A stretch of DNA of 64,000 nucleotides from Candidatus Zixiibacteriota bacterium (GTDB taxonomy: Bacteria > Zixibacteria > MSB-5A5 > UBA10806 > 4484-95). Shown in pieces: positions 39,530 to 49,391 of this stretch (the first letter of the stretch is position 1; each line of letters begins with the position of its first letter). The notes under the pieces are model-generated. The model made no database searches and was not told where the DNA came from. It was given only the letters and a program-made list of their open reading frames with translations. A program made the position numbers and the translations under genes. The stretch lies in NCBI GenBank assembly GCA_037441845.1, contig JBBIRK010000007.1, positions 152,824 to 216,823 of the forward strand, given 5' to 3'.

Positions 39530-40417
39530 TTATTTTTCTCCTGGCGGTCTGTTTCTCCAGCGATCGTGAATCCAAACCCATTGGGAGGGATCCCACATGA
39601 TCAACTCCTCCAACGCCCGGTTGCATTGACCGAGCGCCATTAGCATATCGCTCCGGCGGTCGTTTGTCCAGCCGATTTCGAGCGGCGGCAGCACTCTAAT
39701 CACGTATCGGGTTTCCCCTTCTCGATAAATGGCCATGGGGACGATCGGGGCACCGGTCTTGAGGGCGATAAAAACGGGACCGGCGGCCGTGTTCGCTTTC
39801 TTGCCGAAAAAATCGACGAAATAACCGGATATTTTAGACGAATCTTGATCCAATAATACACCCAGGGCGCGGCCATCCCGGAAAGTCTTTACCAGTGATA
39901 GCGGCGATGCGGTGGTCGGGATATTTTCCAGGTGGAAACGCCGTCGTTGATCCACCAACATCCGGTCGAGCCTTTTATCGTATAACTGCCGGCCTATTAC
40001 CGACACCTTTACTCCTTTGCAGTAAGAAAACCAGGCTGCCAGCAGTTCGAAATTTCCGATATGACCGGTAAGAGCCAAGACCCCTTTTCCTCGGGCGTAC
40101 TCCTTTTCGAAATGCTCCAACCCCTCGACCCTGACTATCCGTTCCATGAACTCTTTCGACCATTTCCCCATCCTGACAACATCGCACAGGTTGCGGCCCA
40201 TTTCCTCGAAACAAGCACGGGCCAACGCTCCGGCTTTATTCTCGGAATACTTCAAGGCGGACATGATTTGTTTTACGGCCCTATTCCGATCTTTTGTTCC
40301 CAATAGATACCAGACGCCTCCGGCGAACGTTCCGAACTTCAATGCCAGCCGACGGGGAATCGCGTTAAAAATACTTTTCACTATTATGATTGCGATATAT
40401 ATAAGGTCGTTTTTCAA
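39530..40417 (-). CDS. lpxL: Lipid A late acyltransferase (LpxL/HtrB family)
   Basis: TGHIGNFE; LLDQD; VDFFG; PSQWVWIHDRW. Confidence 0.85.
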   Translation of the reverse strand: MKNDLIYIAIIIVKSIFNAIPRRLALKFGTFAGGVWYLLGTKDRNRAVKQIMSALKYSENKAGALARACFEEMGRNLCDVVRMGKWSKEFMERIVRVEGLEHFEKEYARGKGVLALTGHIGNFELLAAWFSYCKGVKVSVIGRQLYDKRLDRMLVDQRRRFHLENIPTTASPLSLVKTFRDGRALGVLLDQDSSKISGYFVDFFGKKANTAAGPVFIALKTGAPIVPMAIYREGETRYVIRVLPPLEIGWTNDRRSDMLMALGQCNRALEELIMWDPSQWVWIHDRWRNRPPGEK

Positions 40418-41382
40418 ATTACTTTGGCGTCAAGAATATCGTGCATGTGAAGCAAGCCGATAAGTTTGTTGTCGTCGCCGACCACCGCCAGGCTGGTTAT
40501 TTTATGTTTTTCCATGAGATTCAAAGCATCGATCGCCAATCTATCGGCGCCGATCGTTTTGGGCCTGGTCGTCATTATATCGCCGGCGGTAAGGATTTCG
40601 AGCTTGGGCTTTTTTTCGATCGCCCGCCGCAAATCGCCGTCGGTGACTATCCCCAGCAATCTATTTTCGGAATCGACCACGGTTGTGGTTCCCAGTCTTT
40701 TTCCGGTCATTTCGAGTATGGTTTTCATGAACGGCGTGTCCGGGCTCACCCGGGGCACTTCATCACCGGTGTGCATTATCTGGGCCACTTTTATCAGGCT
40801 TCGGCCGATCGCCCCTCCCGGGTGAAAAATGGCGAAATCGTCGGGGGTGAGTCCGCGTCTTTCCATCAGGGCGACAGCCAGCGCATCCCCCATAACCATG
40901 GCGGCCGTCGTGGAGGAAGTCGGGACGAGATTGTTCGGGCAGGCTTCCATCTCCACCGAGGCATCAAGCACCACATCGGCCTGGCCGGCAAGAACCGATT
41001 TAGGGTCGCCGGTCAAGGCGATAATCGGGACATTCAGCCGTTTGAGCAGCGGAAGCATCGTCAGCAGTTCCTCGGTTTCCCCCGATTTGCTGATGGCGAT
41101 CAGCAGGTCGTCCTGGCGCACCAGACCGAGATCGCCGTGCATCCCCTCGGCCGGGTGAAAAAATATGGCCGGAATTCCGATCGAAGAAAAGGTCGAGGCG
41201 ATCTTCTTGGCGATAATGCCCGATTTGCCGATCCCGCTTACGATCACCCGCCCTTTGGTCGAATCGATCAACTCCACGGCCCGCAAAAAATCGCTGTCGA
41301 GCCTTTCGGCCAGGGCAACGATCGCCTCGGCCTCGATTTTGATCGCTTTCCTGGCTTTTTCAAGCAAGCCGTTTTTCTTCAT
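40414..41382 (-). CDS. kdsD: Arabinose-5-phosphate isomerase
   Basis: GIGKSG; HPAEGMHGDLG; SKSGET; EACP..LVPTSST; HPGG; two CBS domains. Confidence 0.93.
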   Translation of the reverse strand: MKKNGLLEKARKAIKIEAEAIVALAERLDSDFLRAVELIDSTKGRVIVSGIGKSGIIAKKIASTFSSIGIPAIFFHPAEGMHGDLGLVRQDDLLIAISKSGETEELLTMLPLLKRLNVPIIALTGDPKSVLAGQADVVLDASVEMEACPNNLVPTSSTTAAMVMGDALAVALMERRGLTPDDFAIFHPGGAIGRSLIKVAQIMHTGDEVPRVSPDTPFMKTILEMTGKRLGTTTVVDSENRLLGIVTDGDLRRAIEKKPKLEILTAGDIMTTRPKTIGADRLAIDALNLMEKHKITSLAVVGDDNKLIGLLHMHDILDAKVI

Positions 41383-41887
41383 CGATTCCCTTTGCTTCGA
41401 AAATCATATCGATTATCTCCCGAACCGCACCGTCTCCACCTCTTTTTCGGGTTACATAATCGGCGACTTTCAACACGGCCATCGGACTGTCGGGCACAGC
41501 GATCGCCAGGCCGGCCGCCGCCATAGGTGCCATATCGACAAGATCGTTGCCGGCGAAAGCGATGCCGATGTCACTCACGTTGTATTTTGCCGCCAATTCC
41601 CGGTAACTCTGCATCTTATCCACCGGCTTCTGGATAACATCGGCCACTCCCAGCTCGAGGGCGCGGATCTCGGTGGCCGGTGACGGTCTCCCCGAGACGA
41701 AAGCGATTTTGATACCATGTTTCAGGGCAAGATGGATCCCGAGTCCGTCGGCGACATTGAACTTTTTCATTTCCAGCCCATTTGGTCCTATGAGCACGTT
41801 ATTGTCCGTCAATACACCGTCGACATCAAGAATCAGCAGTTCGATTCTGGCGAATTTTTCTTTAAGGTCATCGTCCATCGCGGCCAC
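41360..41887 (-). CDS. kdsC: Kdo-8-phosphate phosphatase
   Basis: LDVDGVLTD; FNVADGLGI; SGR; GNDLVD; GGDGAVRE. Confidence 0.9.
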   Translation of the reverse strand: MAAMDDDLKEKFARIELLILDVDGVLTDNNVLIGPNGLEMKKFNVADGLGIHLALKHGIKIAFVSGRPSPATEIRALELGVADVIQKPVDKMQSYRELAAKYNVSDIGIAFAGNDLVDMAPMAAAGLAIAVPDSPMAVLKVADYVTRKRGGDGAVREIIDMIFEAKGIDEEKRLA

Positions 41888-41899
41888 AGCGTGGGTTCA

Positions 41900-41928
41900 A
41901 AATTAACGATCGCACTTGCTCTCGTCAA
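41900..41928 (-). promoter_or_regulatory. Putative sigma-70 promoter of the kds-lpt operon
   Basis: Minus strand TTGACG-N17-TAATTT upstream of kdsC. Confidence 0.5.
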
Positions 41929-42163
41929 CAATAATCAGCCGCGATCAACCCCCATGTATCCGGGGTCCGCCCGATTCTTTTCGAAAACTTAACTTAGTCG
42001 GAGAGTCCCCCCCGCACAATGTTCGGGCACAATCATGGCCGCTTATGGATCGTTTGAAATAGGAATCAAGCCGGTTGAAGGCCGGATGCGATATCCATCC
42101 CGTTATATTTCTCGGCAGACGACCAAAATCCTTAAACGCCAATCGGTTTCTTCACGGCTCTCT

Positions 42164-43255
42164 TTATCTTTTCCTGCGACTGATCAAAATCAAGGATCGA
42201 CAAAAACGGTCAATTTCATCGGCGGTATGGGTGGCCATGGCGGTAATCCGCAAACCATGGTTGTCGGCGGTGGTGATCTTAACCACGAAAAATCCCGATT
42301 TATGCAGCAATTCTCTGACGATTTCGGTTTCTTCTTCGCTGTCGAAATAGGCGTTCAAAATATAGCGTCCCGGCTGGTTCAGTCTAAGGCCGCCTTCGGA
42401 AAGATTTCGATGTATAATGTCGGCATTGGTTCTCATGCGTGCGACCAATTCCGGTTCAGCTTGTAAAATCTGAAGCGATTTCAGGGCCGCACCCACAGCC
42501 ATCGCCGAAAGTGACGTGGAATAAACGTGTTGCCTTAAGGGTTTGCGGAATAGCTTTTCCGACACCGAATCAAAAGCCAAAAAACCGCCCTGGGAGCCGA
42601 GCGCCTTGGAAAACGTTCCCATAATAATATCGGCCGTCCCCTCCAGACCGAAATGTTCCTCGAGTCCCCGACCGCTTTCCCCCAGCGCACCGGTGGCGTG
42701 CGCCTCATCGATAATAAGTATGAATCCATATTTTTCTTTAAGGCGCATCAATTCGTCGAGAGGGGTAATTGCGCCATCTAAGGTGAAAACGGATGGAACA
42801 GTGACTATCTTGCGGGAGCATTTCGATTCTTTAAGCAATTGCTCAAGATGGGCGAAATCCAGATGACCGAATCGGTAACGCGGGCAACCAGAGAGGATTA
42901 TTCCCTCGATCGCCGATGGATGATGCCGCTCCTCGAAAAAGTAGGCGGTGTCGTCATCGGCCATGTCGGCGTGGGCGGCGACGTTGGCGGCATATCCCGA
43001 GGGGAATAAAACGGCCCGTTTGCGCCGCTTGAACGAGGCTATGGTTTCGGCCAGTTCGCAATGTAAATCGGTGGTGCCCGAAGTGCCAGGAGCCCCGCCG
43101 GTGCCGCAACCGTATTTTTCGGCGGCACCGACCGCCGCTTCTATCACCCTCCGGTCGTGGGATAAGCCGAGATAGTCGTTCGAACAAAATATCACCAACG
43201 ACAGGCCGTCGATGGTTATATTCTGGGCATTACGCGCTTGTAATGGTCTTTCCAT
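42164..43255 (-). CDS. Alpha-oxoamine synthase (BioF/Kbl/SPT family)
   Basis: FCSNDYLGL; FPSGYAAN; IDEAHATG; GTFSKALGSQGG; LRIT; start MERP after GGGAG. Confidence 0.8.
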   Translation of the reverse strand: MERPLQARNAQNITIDGLSLVIFCSNDYLGLSHDRRVIEAAVGAAEKYGCGTGGAPGTSGTTDLHCELAETIASFKRRKRAVLFPSGYAANVAAHADMADDDTAYFFEERHHPSAIEGIILSGCPRYRFGHLDFAHLEQLLKESKCSRKIVTVPSVFTLDGAITPLDELMRLKEKYGFILIIDEAHATGALGESGRGLEEHFGLEGTADIIMGTFSKALGSQGGFLAFDSVSEKLFRKPLRQHVYSTSLSAMAVGAALKSLQILQAEPELVARMRTNADIIHRNLSEGGLRLNQPGRYILNAYFDSEEETEIVRELLHKSGFFVVKITTADNHGLRITAMATHTADEIDRFCRSLILISRRKR

Positions 43256-43381
43256 ATCACGCTCCCAAGAGATTATCGGAATAATAAACGATCGGGTCAA
43301 ATGTTTTGACCTCCCCGGAGGCAGAGCTATGGCGCGAGCCATTATCGAATTGTTTTAATATAACTTCGGCTTTCAGAAAAA

Positions 43382-44545
43382 TCAGCGCAACAGAGTTACG
43401 CGGACCACCGCCGACTTTTCGCCTGCGGAAATTTTAAGGAAATATACGCCGGAGGACATGTCCACGCCGTTAAAAGTGGTTTCGTATCGCCCCGGTCCAA
43501 GCTCCCCGGAAAAAAGCGACTTCAAGCGGCGACCCAGACAATCGTATAATTCGAGCGAAACCGCTGAATGTTCCTCGATCGCGAACATCGCCTTCGCGCA
43601 CGAATTGAACGGGTTCGGATAAATCGTCAGCCCGAACCGCGCCGGAAGCGTTGCTTCTTGCTCGATATCGGAGCCGGGCAAGGAGAACATGGAAAGAACC
43701 GGCCGATGGTCGGATATGCGATAAGGATAGCCGTAATACTCATCGCCCAGGCGAAGCGTGAGCGTTTGTCCCCCATCTCCATATTCACCAAGCATATCGG
43801 TTGTTATCATTATATGGTCTATCAGGCTATTATATGTTGGATACGAGGCCCAGTAGGGGTTGCCTGCAAGCGGCCGCGTCAGAATGCGGTAATTCAGGCT
43901 GTCTTGAAGAAAATGCCAGAAAATATTGGCTGATTGAGGATCGTTCACTTCATCGTTATAGTCTCCCAGAATTATCCAGTCGCGGTCGGGCAGCGACGGC
44001 ACCGTAACGTCAAGATAGTTTTTCAGCCGTAACATCGCCGAAAGGCGACGGCTGAAATCGGTCGGCTCGGAACCGGCCTTCAGATGCAGGTTGATAGCGT
44101 AAAAATCATAGAATCCCGACGGCAGATCGGCTTCGAACGTGGCCCTCAAAGCCGGCCTGGGAAACTCATAGGTGTAACCCCAGAATAAAGGCTCCCATGA
44201 TACAGCCGTGATCTGGTCGGTGCGATAAAGAAAGGCCTCTTTCATAGGGGTGCCTGGATATGAAGGGGCGTAGAAACCAGCCCAGCCCGGCAATTGCGCC
44301 AAAAGATCGGCGAAAGCGACGGTATCGGTTATCTCCTGCGCGGCGATTATATCTATCCGCAAATCGCGGATCAAGATCGCCAGCGTGTCGATCGTCGCCT
44401 GACCATACCAGGGAAACTCGCGGATATTCCAGGTGGCGATATCCAGAGTATTTTCGTTTCCCCGGGGCGACACCAGCGAAAAAGACTGGCCGCACCATAA
44501 GACCGCCGCCGCCCAAGCGATCGATATTATTTTGCCGAATTTCAT
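43382..44545 (-). CDS. Secreted endonuclease/exonuclease/phosphatase with C-terminal PNPFN domain
   Basis: ATWNI; AQEI; NLHLKA; LGDYND; IDHI; SDHRPV; tail IYPNPFN...LGRR...SSGVYFLKI...RVTLLR. Confidence 0.88.
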   Translation of the reverse strand: MKFGKIISIAWAAAVLWCGQSFSLVSPRGNENTLDIATWNIREFPWYGQATIDTLAILIRDLRIDIIAAQEITDTVAFADLLAQLPGWAGFYAPSYPGTPMKEAFLYRTDQITAVSWEPLFWGYTYEFPRPALRATFEADLPSGFYDFYAINLHLKAGSEPTDFSRRLSAMLRLKNYLDVTVPSLPDRDWIILGDYNDEVNDPQSANIFWHFLQDSLNYRILTRPLAGNPYWASYPTYNSLIDHIMITTDMLGEYGDGGQTLTLRLGDEYYGYPYRISDHRPVLSMFSLPGSDIEQEATLPARFGLTIYPNPFNSCAKAMFAIEEHSAVSLELYDCLGRRLKSLFSGELGPGRYETTFNGVDMSSGVYFLKISAGEKSAVVRVTLLR

Positions 44546-44680
44546 AAGATTCTTAAATAAATATACGCACTTACTCGAAATTTCAAAGTGGAAATCGATG
44601 CATCATATCGTTGTGGATCTCATTTAGATAGACCATTAAAATATCAAAAGCGACTTGCCGCCGATTGCCGAAAAGCCGAT

Positions 44681-44715
44681 AAAAAGCCGGACAAGCAGAG
44701 CACGGCATGTCCGGC
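44681..44715 (-). terminator. Putative intrinsic terminator
   Basis: Minus strand GCCGGACA...TGTCCGGC followed by TTTTT. Confidence 0.55.
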
Positions 44716-44735
44716 CATTAAAAATATGAGGATCA

Positions 44736-45977
44736 CTATTTGGCCAATACCATCTTGATGGCTGCGACTGAATTAGCTGTCTGCAGCTTGCCGAAATAGA
44801 TCCCCGACGGATACCGATCTGCGTTCCAAACGATTTCGTGTCGGCCCGCCGATTGCTGTTGATCGATCAGCACTTCGACGAGATTGCCGAGCAGATCGTA
44901 AACAGCGAACCTGACCTGGCCGGCCATTCCGAGATTATAGGCGATTACAGTGCTCGCGTTAAAAGGATTCGGATAATTCTGGGCCAACGCGAAATCGGCA
45001 GGCGGTTTTCCCTGATTATCGCCGATTCCGGTTTCGATCGGCCGGCAAAGCTCGATAAAGCGCGCCCCACCGGTGTTTTCCTGTTGGACGATTCCGCCGC
45101 CCGGTGTTACCTCAAATACGCCGTTACCCGAGGTTAAAAGCAGGTTGCCGTTGCCAAGTCGGTAGCAGCCCCTGCCTTGATTCCAAGATGTGGTTTGATA
45201 AACCGAACCGTTCAAGTCAAAATCGCTTACCACATTACTGGAAAATGAAGCGTTCAGGAAATCTCCCGGTAACAACGTATCGGCGCTTATCTGTTCGGGA
45301 AAGTTGACGGCGATGACCGGCCGCTCGTAGGTGCCGCTGGCGCTGTATAATCTGACGTTAGCTCCAGTGCCGATATGAGATAATAAGGCGCGGCCATCAG
45401 GCAAGAAGAATATATCGAACGAGTCGCTGCCGTCGTTGATGAAATCGGTCTGGCGGTCATGCGGGCCGGCGAATTCGGCCACGTAATCATCGCCGCTGGT
45501 CACGTAAAGGTTACGTTCCCTGAAAGCGATCCCTCTTATATTATTCAACCCATCGGTGGCATCGGCGTAAGTATACAGGTAATTTCCTCCCCTGTCGAAT
45601 ACGAACACGGCATCGGCGACCTGATCGGATACGTAAATGTTGCCATCGGGCCCCGGAACCGCATTGATCGGCGTCTGGAATCCCGAATACCCGGTGATGA
45701 AAATTCCCAAGAAAGTCCCGTCGAATGGATCGTACACACCGACGTTATCGGCATTGGATTCGGGTATCAGCAGAACGTCCTGCATCGGTAGAGAATCGAG
45801 TATCACAGGCTGCGGACTATTCCCATCGGATGTGCCGATATTAAGTTCGATCCCCTGTTCCTCGAGCGCTTGCAAAGCGATATCGGTCGCCCGGCAAAAA
45901 TCGGTGCAGACGATAGATACCAGCCCCATAATCGCAAACCCGACTATCAAGTTAATGATTCTATAGCGATTACTCAT
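44736..45977 (-). CDS. Secreted beta-propeller (NHL/Vgb-like) protein with C-terminal PNPFN domain
   Basis: Signal peptide; GPDGNIYVSDQ, RGIAF, FLPDG blades; tail AQNYPNPFNAST...YDLLG...SGIYF...KMVLAK. Confidence 0.75.
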   Translation of the reverse strand: MSNRYRIINLIVGFAIMGLVSIVCTDFCRATDIALQALEEQGIELNIGTSDGNSPQPVILDSLPMQDVLLIPESNADNVGVYDPFDGTFLGIFITGYSGFQTPINAVPGPDGNIYVSDQVADAVFVFDRGGNYLYTYADATDGLNNIRGIAFRERNLYVTSGDDYVAEFAGPHDRQTDFINDGSDSFDIFFLPDGRALLSHIGTGANVRLYSASGTYERPVIAVNFPEQISADTLLPGDFLNASFSSNVVSDFDLNGSVYQTTSWNQGRGCYRLGNGNLLLTSGNGVFEVTPGGGIVQQENTGGARFIELCRPIETGIGDNQGKPPADFALAQNYPNPFNASTVIAYNLGMAGQVRFAVYDLLGNLVEVLIDQQQSAGRHEIVWNADRYPSGIYFGKLQTANSVAAIKMVLAK

Positions 45978-46244
45978 GGTTTACCTCCGGGGTCACGGTT
46001 CAAACTTAAAATTCAATTAGATGCCCACTTTACTACCCGCTTGTGCCCACCGCCATAACCAAGATACGAAATTTTCCGATTTTGTCCAGTGGTTTTGTCA
46101 TAATCGAACGCTGAAATTCAGGAATTCGGATACCGAAATCCGCTTGTTATTCACCGGCGGCATTGTATATTTCGCTCAGGTGGAATTGACCCGTAACGCT
46201 GCAAAGCGGCGGTTTTCCGCCGATTACTTCAAGGAAGCGGAGGT

Positions 46245-49133
46245 TTGATGAAAATGCTCAGAAAGATACCGTTAGCAATAATTCTCGGCATGGGAGTTTT
46301 TCTCGGCACGGCCGAAGCCGAGGAATATTATTTCAGGTTCTCGTTCGACGATAAAAGCAAACTCGACAAAATCACCAACTTAATATCGATCGACAACGTC
46401 GTCGGCGATACCGCTTTCGCCTATGCCAACGACGGCGAGATGGCGGCTTTTCTAGCTCAGGGTTACACAGTCACGATATTGCCCCATCCAGGTTCTCGGA
46501 TCGAGATCCGCCATGCCGATTCGCCGGGAGCCATGCTCGACTGGGATTATTACCCCACATATACGGCCTACGTCGATATGATGAACAATTTCGCCGCCTC
46601 ATACCCATCGCTGTGCCGGGTTCAGAATATCGGCAACAGCGTCAACGGCAGGCAGCTGTTGGCGGCCAAAATTTCCGACAACCCCGACATGCAGGAAAAC
46701 GAGCCGGAGATTTTTCTCACCAGCACCATGCACGGCGATGAAGTGACCGGTTTCGTACTCATGCTGCGCCTGATCGACTATTTACTGACAAATTACGGGA
46801 CGGATTCCTTGGTTACGAGCCTGGTTGACAATCTGGAGATATGGATCAACCCTAATGCCAATCCCGACGGCAGCTATCGCAGCGGCAACACCATTTCCAG
46901 CCCGACCCGAGGAAACGCCAACGGGATCGACCTGAACCGCAATTTCCCGGATCCGGCCTACGGCGACCATCCCGATGGCAACGCCTGGCAGGCGGAGACG
47001 ATCGCCATGATGAATTTCGCTTCGAATCACAGTTTCGTGCTTTCGGCCAATTTTCACGGCGGCGCCGAGGTGGTCAATTACCCCTGGGATTGCTGGTCGA
47101 GACTGCATCCGGATAACAGCTGGTTCGTATCGATATGCCGCCGTTACGCCGATTCCTGCCAAGCGAACAGCCCACCCGGCTATATGGATGATCTGAACAA
47201 CGGAATAACTAACGGCTATGCCTGGTATCCGGTTCACGGCGGTCGTCAAGACTACATGACCTACTGGAAAGGCGGACGCGAAAATACCATCGAATTGTCC
47301 TCGACCAAATTCCCCTCAGCTTCGCAATTGCCGTCTTACTGGAATTACAACTGGGCGGCGTTTTTAACTTACATGCAAAACGCTTTATATGGCATTCACG
47401 GTGTCGTCACCGACGCCGTCAGCGGCTTGCCGGTGGCGGCCACTATCTGGGTGCTGAGTCACGATGCCGACAGTTCGCGCGTGTTCACCGATCCCGATGT
47501 CGGCGATTATCATCGCATGATCGCCCCCGGGACTTATAATCTCCGGTTCTCGGCGGCGGGATATATCCCGGATACGGTTTACGGAGTGGTCGTCACTGCC
47601 AATCAAGCGACCACGGTGAACGTGCAATTGCAGCCGATCGCCGGCGCTCCGGACCTGGCTTTCGTGGGACACAACGCCGGATCAGTGATGCCAGGAGATA
47701 CCGTGGACATGCTCATAAAGCTGATAAACAACGGCGGGGCAAGCGCCGCCGGGGTCGCCGCGACCTTAATAAGCTCGGATACGAATATCAATATAATCCA
47801 GTCTTCGATTTCCTTTCCGACTATCAATCCGCTGGGCGGCACTGCTGTTTCCCTTTCCGCCTTGCACTTCGCCGTATCTACTACCGCTCTCTATTACCAC
47901 CAAGTCGATTTTTCGTTGATCGTTACTGCCAACGGCGGGTATTCCGATACCTTAGATTTCAACCTCGAAATAGGTCGGGCGATAGAGGATTTCGAAACCG
48001 GCAATTTCGCTTCATTTCCCTGGCAGTTTTCCGGCAATGCCGATTGGGGCGTGGTGAACAGCGGCGCCTACGAATGGAGTTACGCGGCAAAATCAGGAAC
48101 GATAACCCACAACCAAAGTTCGACTTTATCATTGAGTATCAACGTTCAACAGGCGGGCACGATTTCGTTTTATTACAAGGTATCATCGGAGGCGGGATAC
48201 GACTCGCTCAAGTTTTCTATCGACGGCGGCTTGCGCGGTGGCTATTCGGGCGAAGCTGGATGGGCGCAGGCAAGTTACAGCATCGGCGCCGGCTCACATA
48301 CATTGACATGGACTTATGCCAAGGACGGCTCGGTCAGCCGCGGCAGCGATTGCGCCTGGATCGATTATATCGTATTTCCCAATATGGGACAGCCCTTGAC
48401 TATAACCACCGCCTCTTTACCCGATTGGACCGCGGGGCACCCATATTCCCAACAGCTCCAATCTGTCGGAGGAACGGGCACGGTCACCTGGAGTGATTTT
48501 TACAACAATCTTCCCGGAACCGGACTTGCTCTTTCGAGTTCCGGTCTGCTCTCCGGGATTCCAAACGGTCCGGATACGATCAGTTTCACAGCTTGGGTGC
48601 AAGACCAAGCTTTAGGCACGGCCACGCGCTCATATACTTTTATCATAAATGGACCGATAGCCATCCTTACCGATAGTTTGCCGCATGCCGAAACAGGGGT
48701 CGCCTATTCTTATCAGATTGCGGCGGCCGGCGGCACCGGCGGGTTGACATTCGCGGTCGTTGACAGCGGCTTAGACGGCACCGGCCTGACCCTTTTGCCG
48801 ACCGGCTTGCTAAGCGGAACACCGGCGGCTGCCGATTCAGTCGAGTTTACGGTTAGAGCAAACGACGTCATAGGAGCGAGCGCTCAACGACAATTTACTT
48901 TGATTATCGCCGGTTTTGCTTTTCTTCCCGGCGATGCCAACGGGGATGGATTCGTGCGCGGTTCCGATGTCACATTCCTTGTCGGCTATTTCAAGGGAAC
49001 TGCGCCCGCCCCCGAACCTTATCTTGCCGGTGATGCCAACGGCGACTGCCTTGTAAGCGGCGGCGATGTCACCTATTTGGTGCGCTATTTTAAGGGGATC
49101 GGCGCGGAGCCGATCCGGGGAGAATGTCGTTAA
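46245..49133 (+). CDS. Secreted M14 zinc carboxypeptidase with accessory beta-sandwich/Ig-like domains and C-terminal dockerin
   Basis: STMHGDE, DLNRNF, NFHGG, TIELS; carboxypeptidase regulatory domain; two Ig repeats (ITTASLPD, ILTDSLPH); GDANGDGFVRGSDVTFLV / GDANGDCLVSGGDVTYLV. Confidence 0.88.
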   Translation: MMKMLRKIPLAIILGMGVFLGTAEAEEYYFRFSFDDKSKLDKITNLISIDNVVGDTAFAYANDGEMAAFLAQGYTVTILPHPGSRIEIRHADSPGAMLDWDYYPTYTAYVDMMNNFAASYPSLCRVQNIGNSVNGRQLLAAKISDNPDMQENEPEIFLTSTMHGDEVTGFVLMLRLIDYLLTNYGTDSLVTSLVDNLEIWINPNANPDGSYRSGNTISSPTRGNANGIDLNRNFPDPAYGDHPDGNAWQAETIAMMNFASNHSFVLSANFHGGAEVVNYPWDCWSRLHPDNSWFVSICRRYADSCQANSPPGYMDDLNNGITNGYAWYPVHGGRQDYMTYWKGGRENTIELSSTKFPSASQLPSYWNYNWAAFLTYMQNALYGIHGVVTDAVSGLPVAATIWVLSHDADSSRVFTDPDVGDYHRMIAPGTYNLRFSAAGYIPDTVYGVVVTANQATTVNVQLQPIAGAPDLAFVGHNAGSVMPGDTVDMLIKLINNGGASAAGVAATLISSDTNINIIQSSISFPTINPLGGTAVSLSALHFAVSTTALYYHQVDFSLIVTANGGYSDTLDFNLEIGRAIEDFETGNFASFPWQFSGNADWGVVNSGAYEWSYAAKSGTITHNQSSTLSLSINVQQAGTISFYYKVSSEAGYDSLKFSIDGGLRGGYSGEAGWAQASYSIGAGSHTLTWTYAKDGSVSRGSDCAWIDYIVFPNMGQPLTITTASLPDWTAGHPYSQQLQSVGGTGTVTWSDFYNNLPGTGLALSSSGLLSGIPNGPDTISFTAWVQDQALGTATRSYTFIINGPIAILTDSLPHAETGVAYSYQIAAAGGTGGLTFAVVDSGLDGTGLTLLPTGLLSGTPAAADSVEFTVRANDVIGASAQRQFTLIIAGFAFLPGDANGDGFVRGSDVTFLVGYFKGTAPAPEPYLAGDANGDCLVSGGDVTYLVRYFKGIGAEPIRGECR

Positions 49134-49391
49134 GAGCTATCGTGATTTCCGTTCGACAAATCGGAGGTTCCGATAGACGGACGGCCGTTTTGAATAATCG
49201 ACCGGAATATTTTCTCCGAAACTATAATGTTTTAGGACTCGAATTCGGGCCCGATAAGAATATCGGTTGCTTCAAACACCGAACCGATATCGATTAAAAA
49301 AGCCGCGATTTTTCGAGCCGCAATTACGCTCGACTACATACGAAACTATATCGAATAGGCAATCAAACTTCTGGAAACGGATAAGAACCGA

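Noticed and set aside
40441..41526. 361-aa plus-strand ORF
   Set aside because: Antisense shadow of kdsD.
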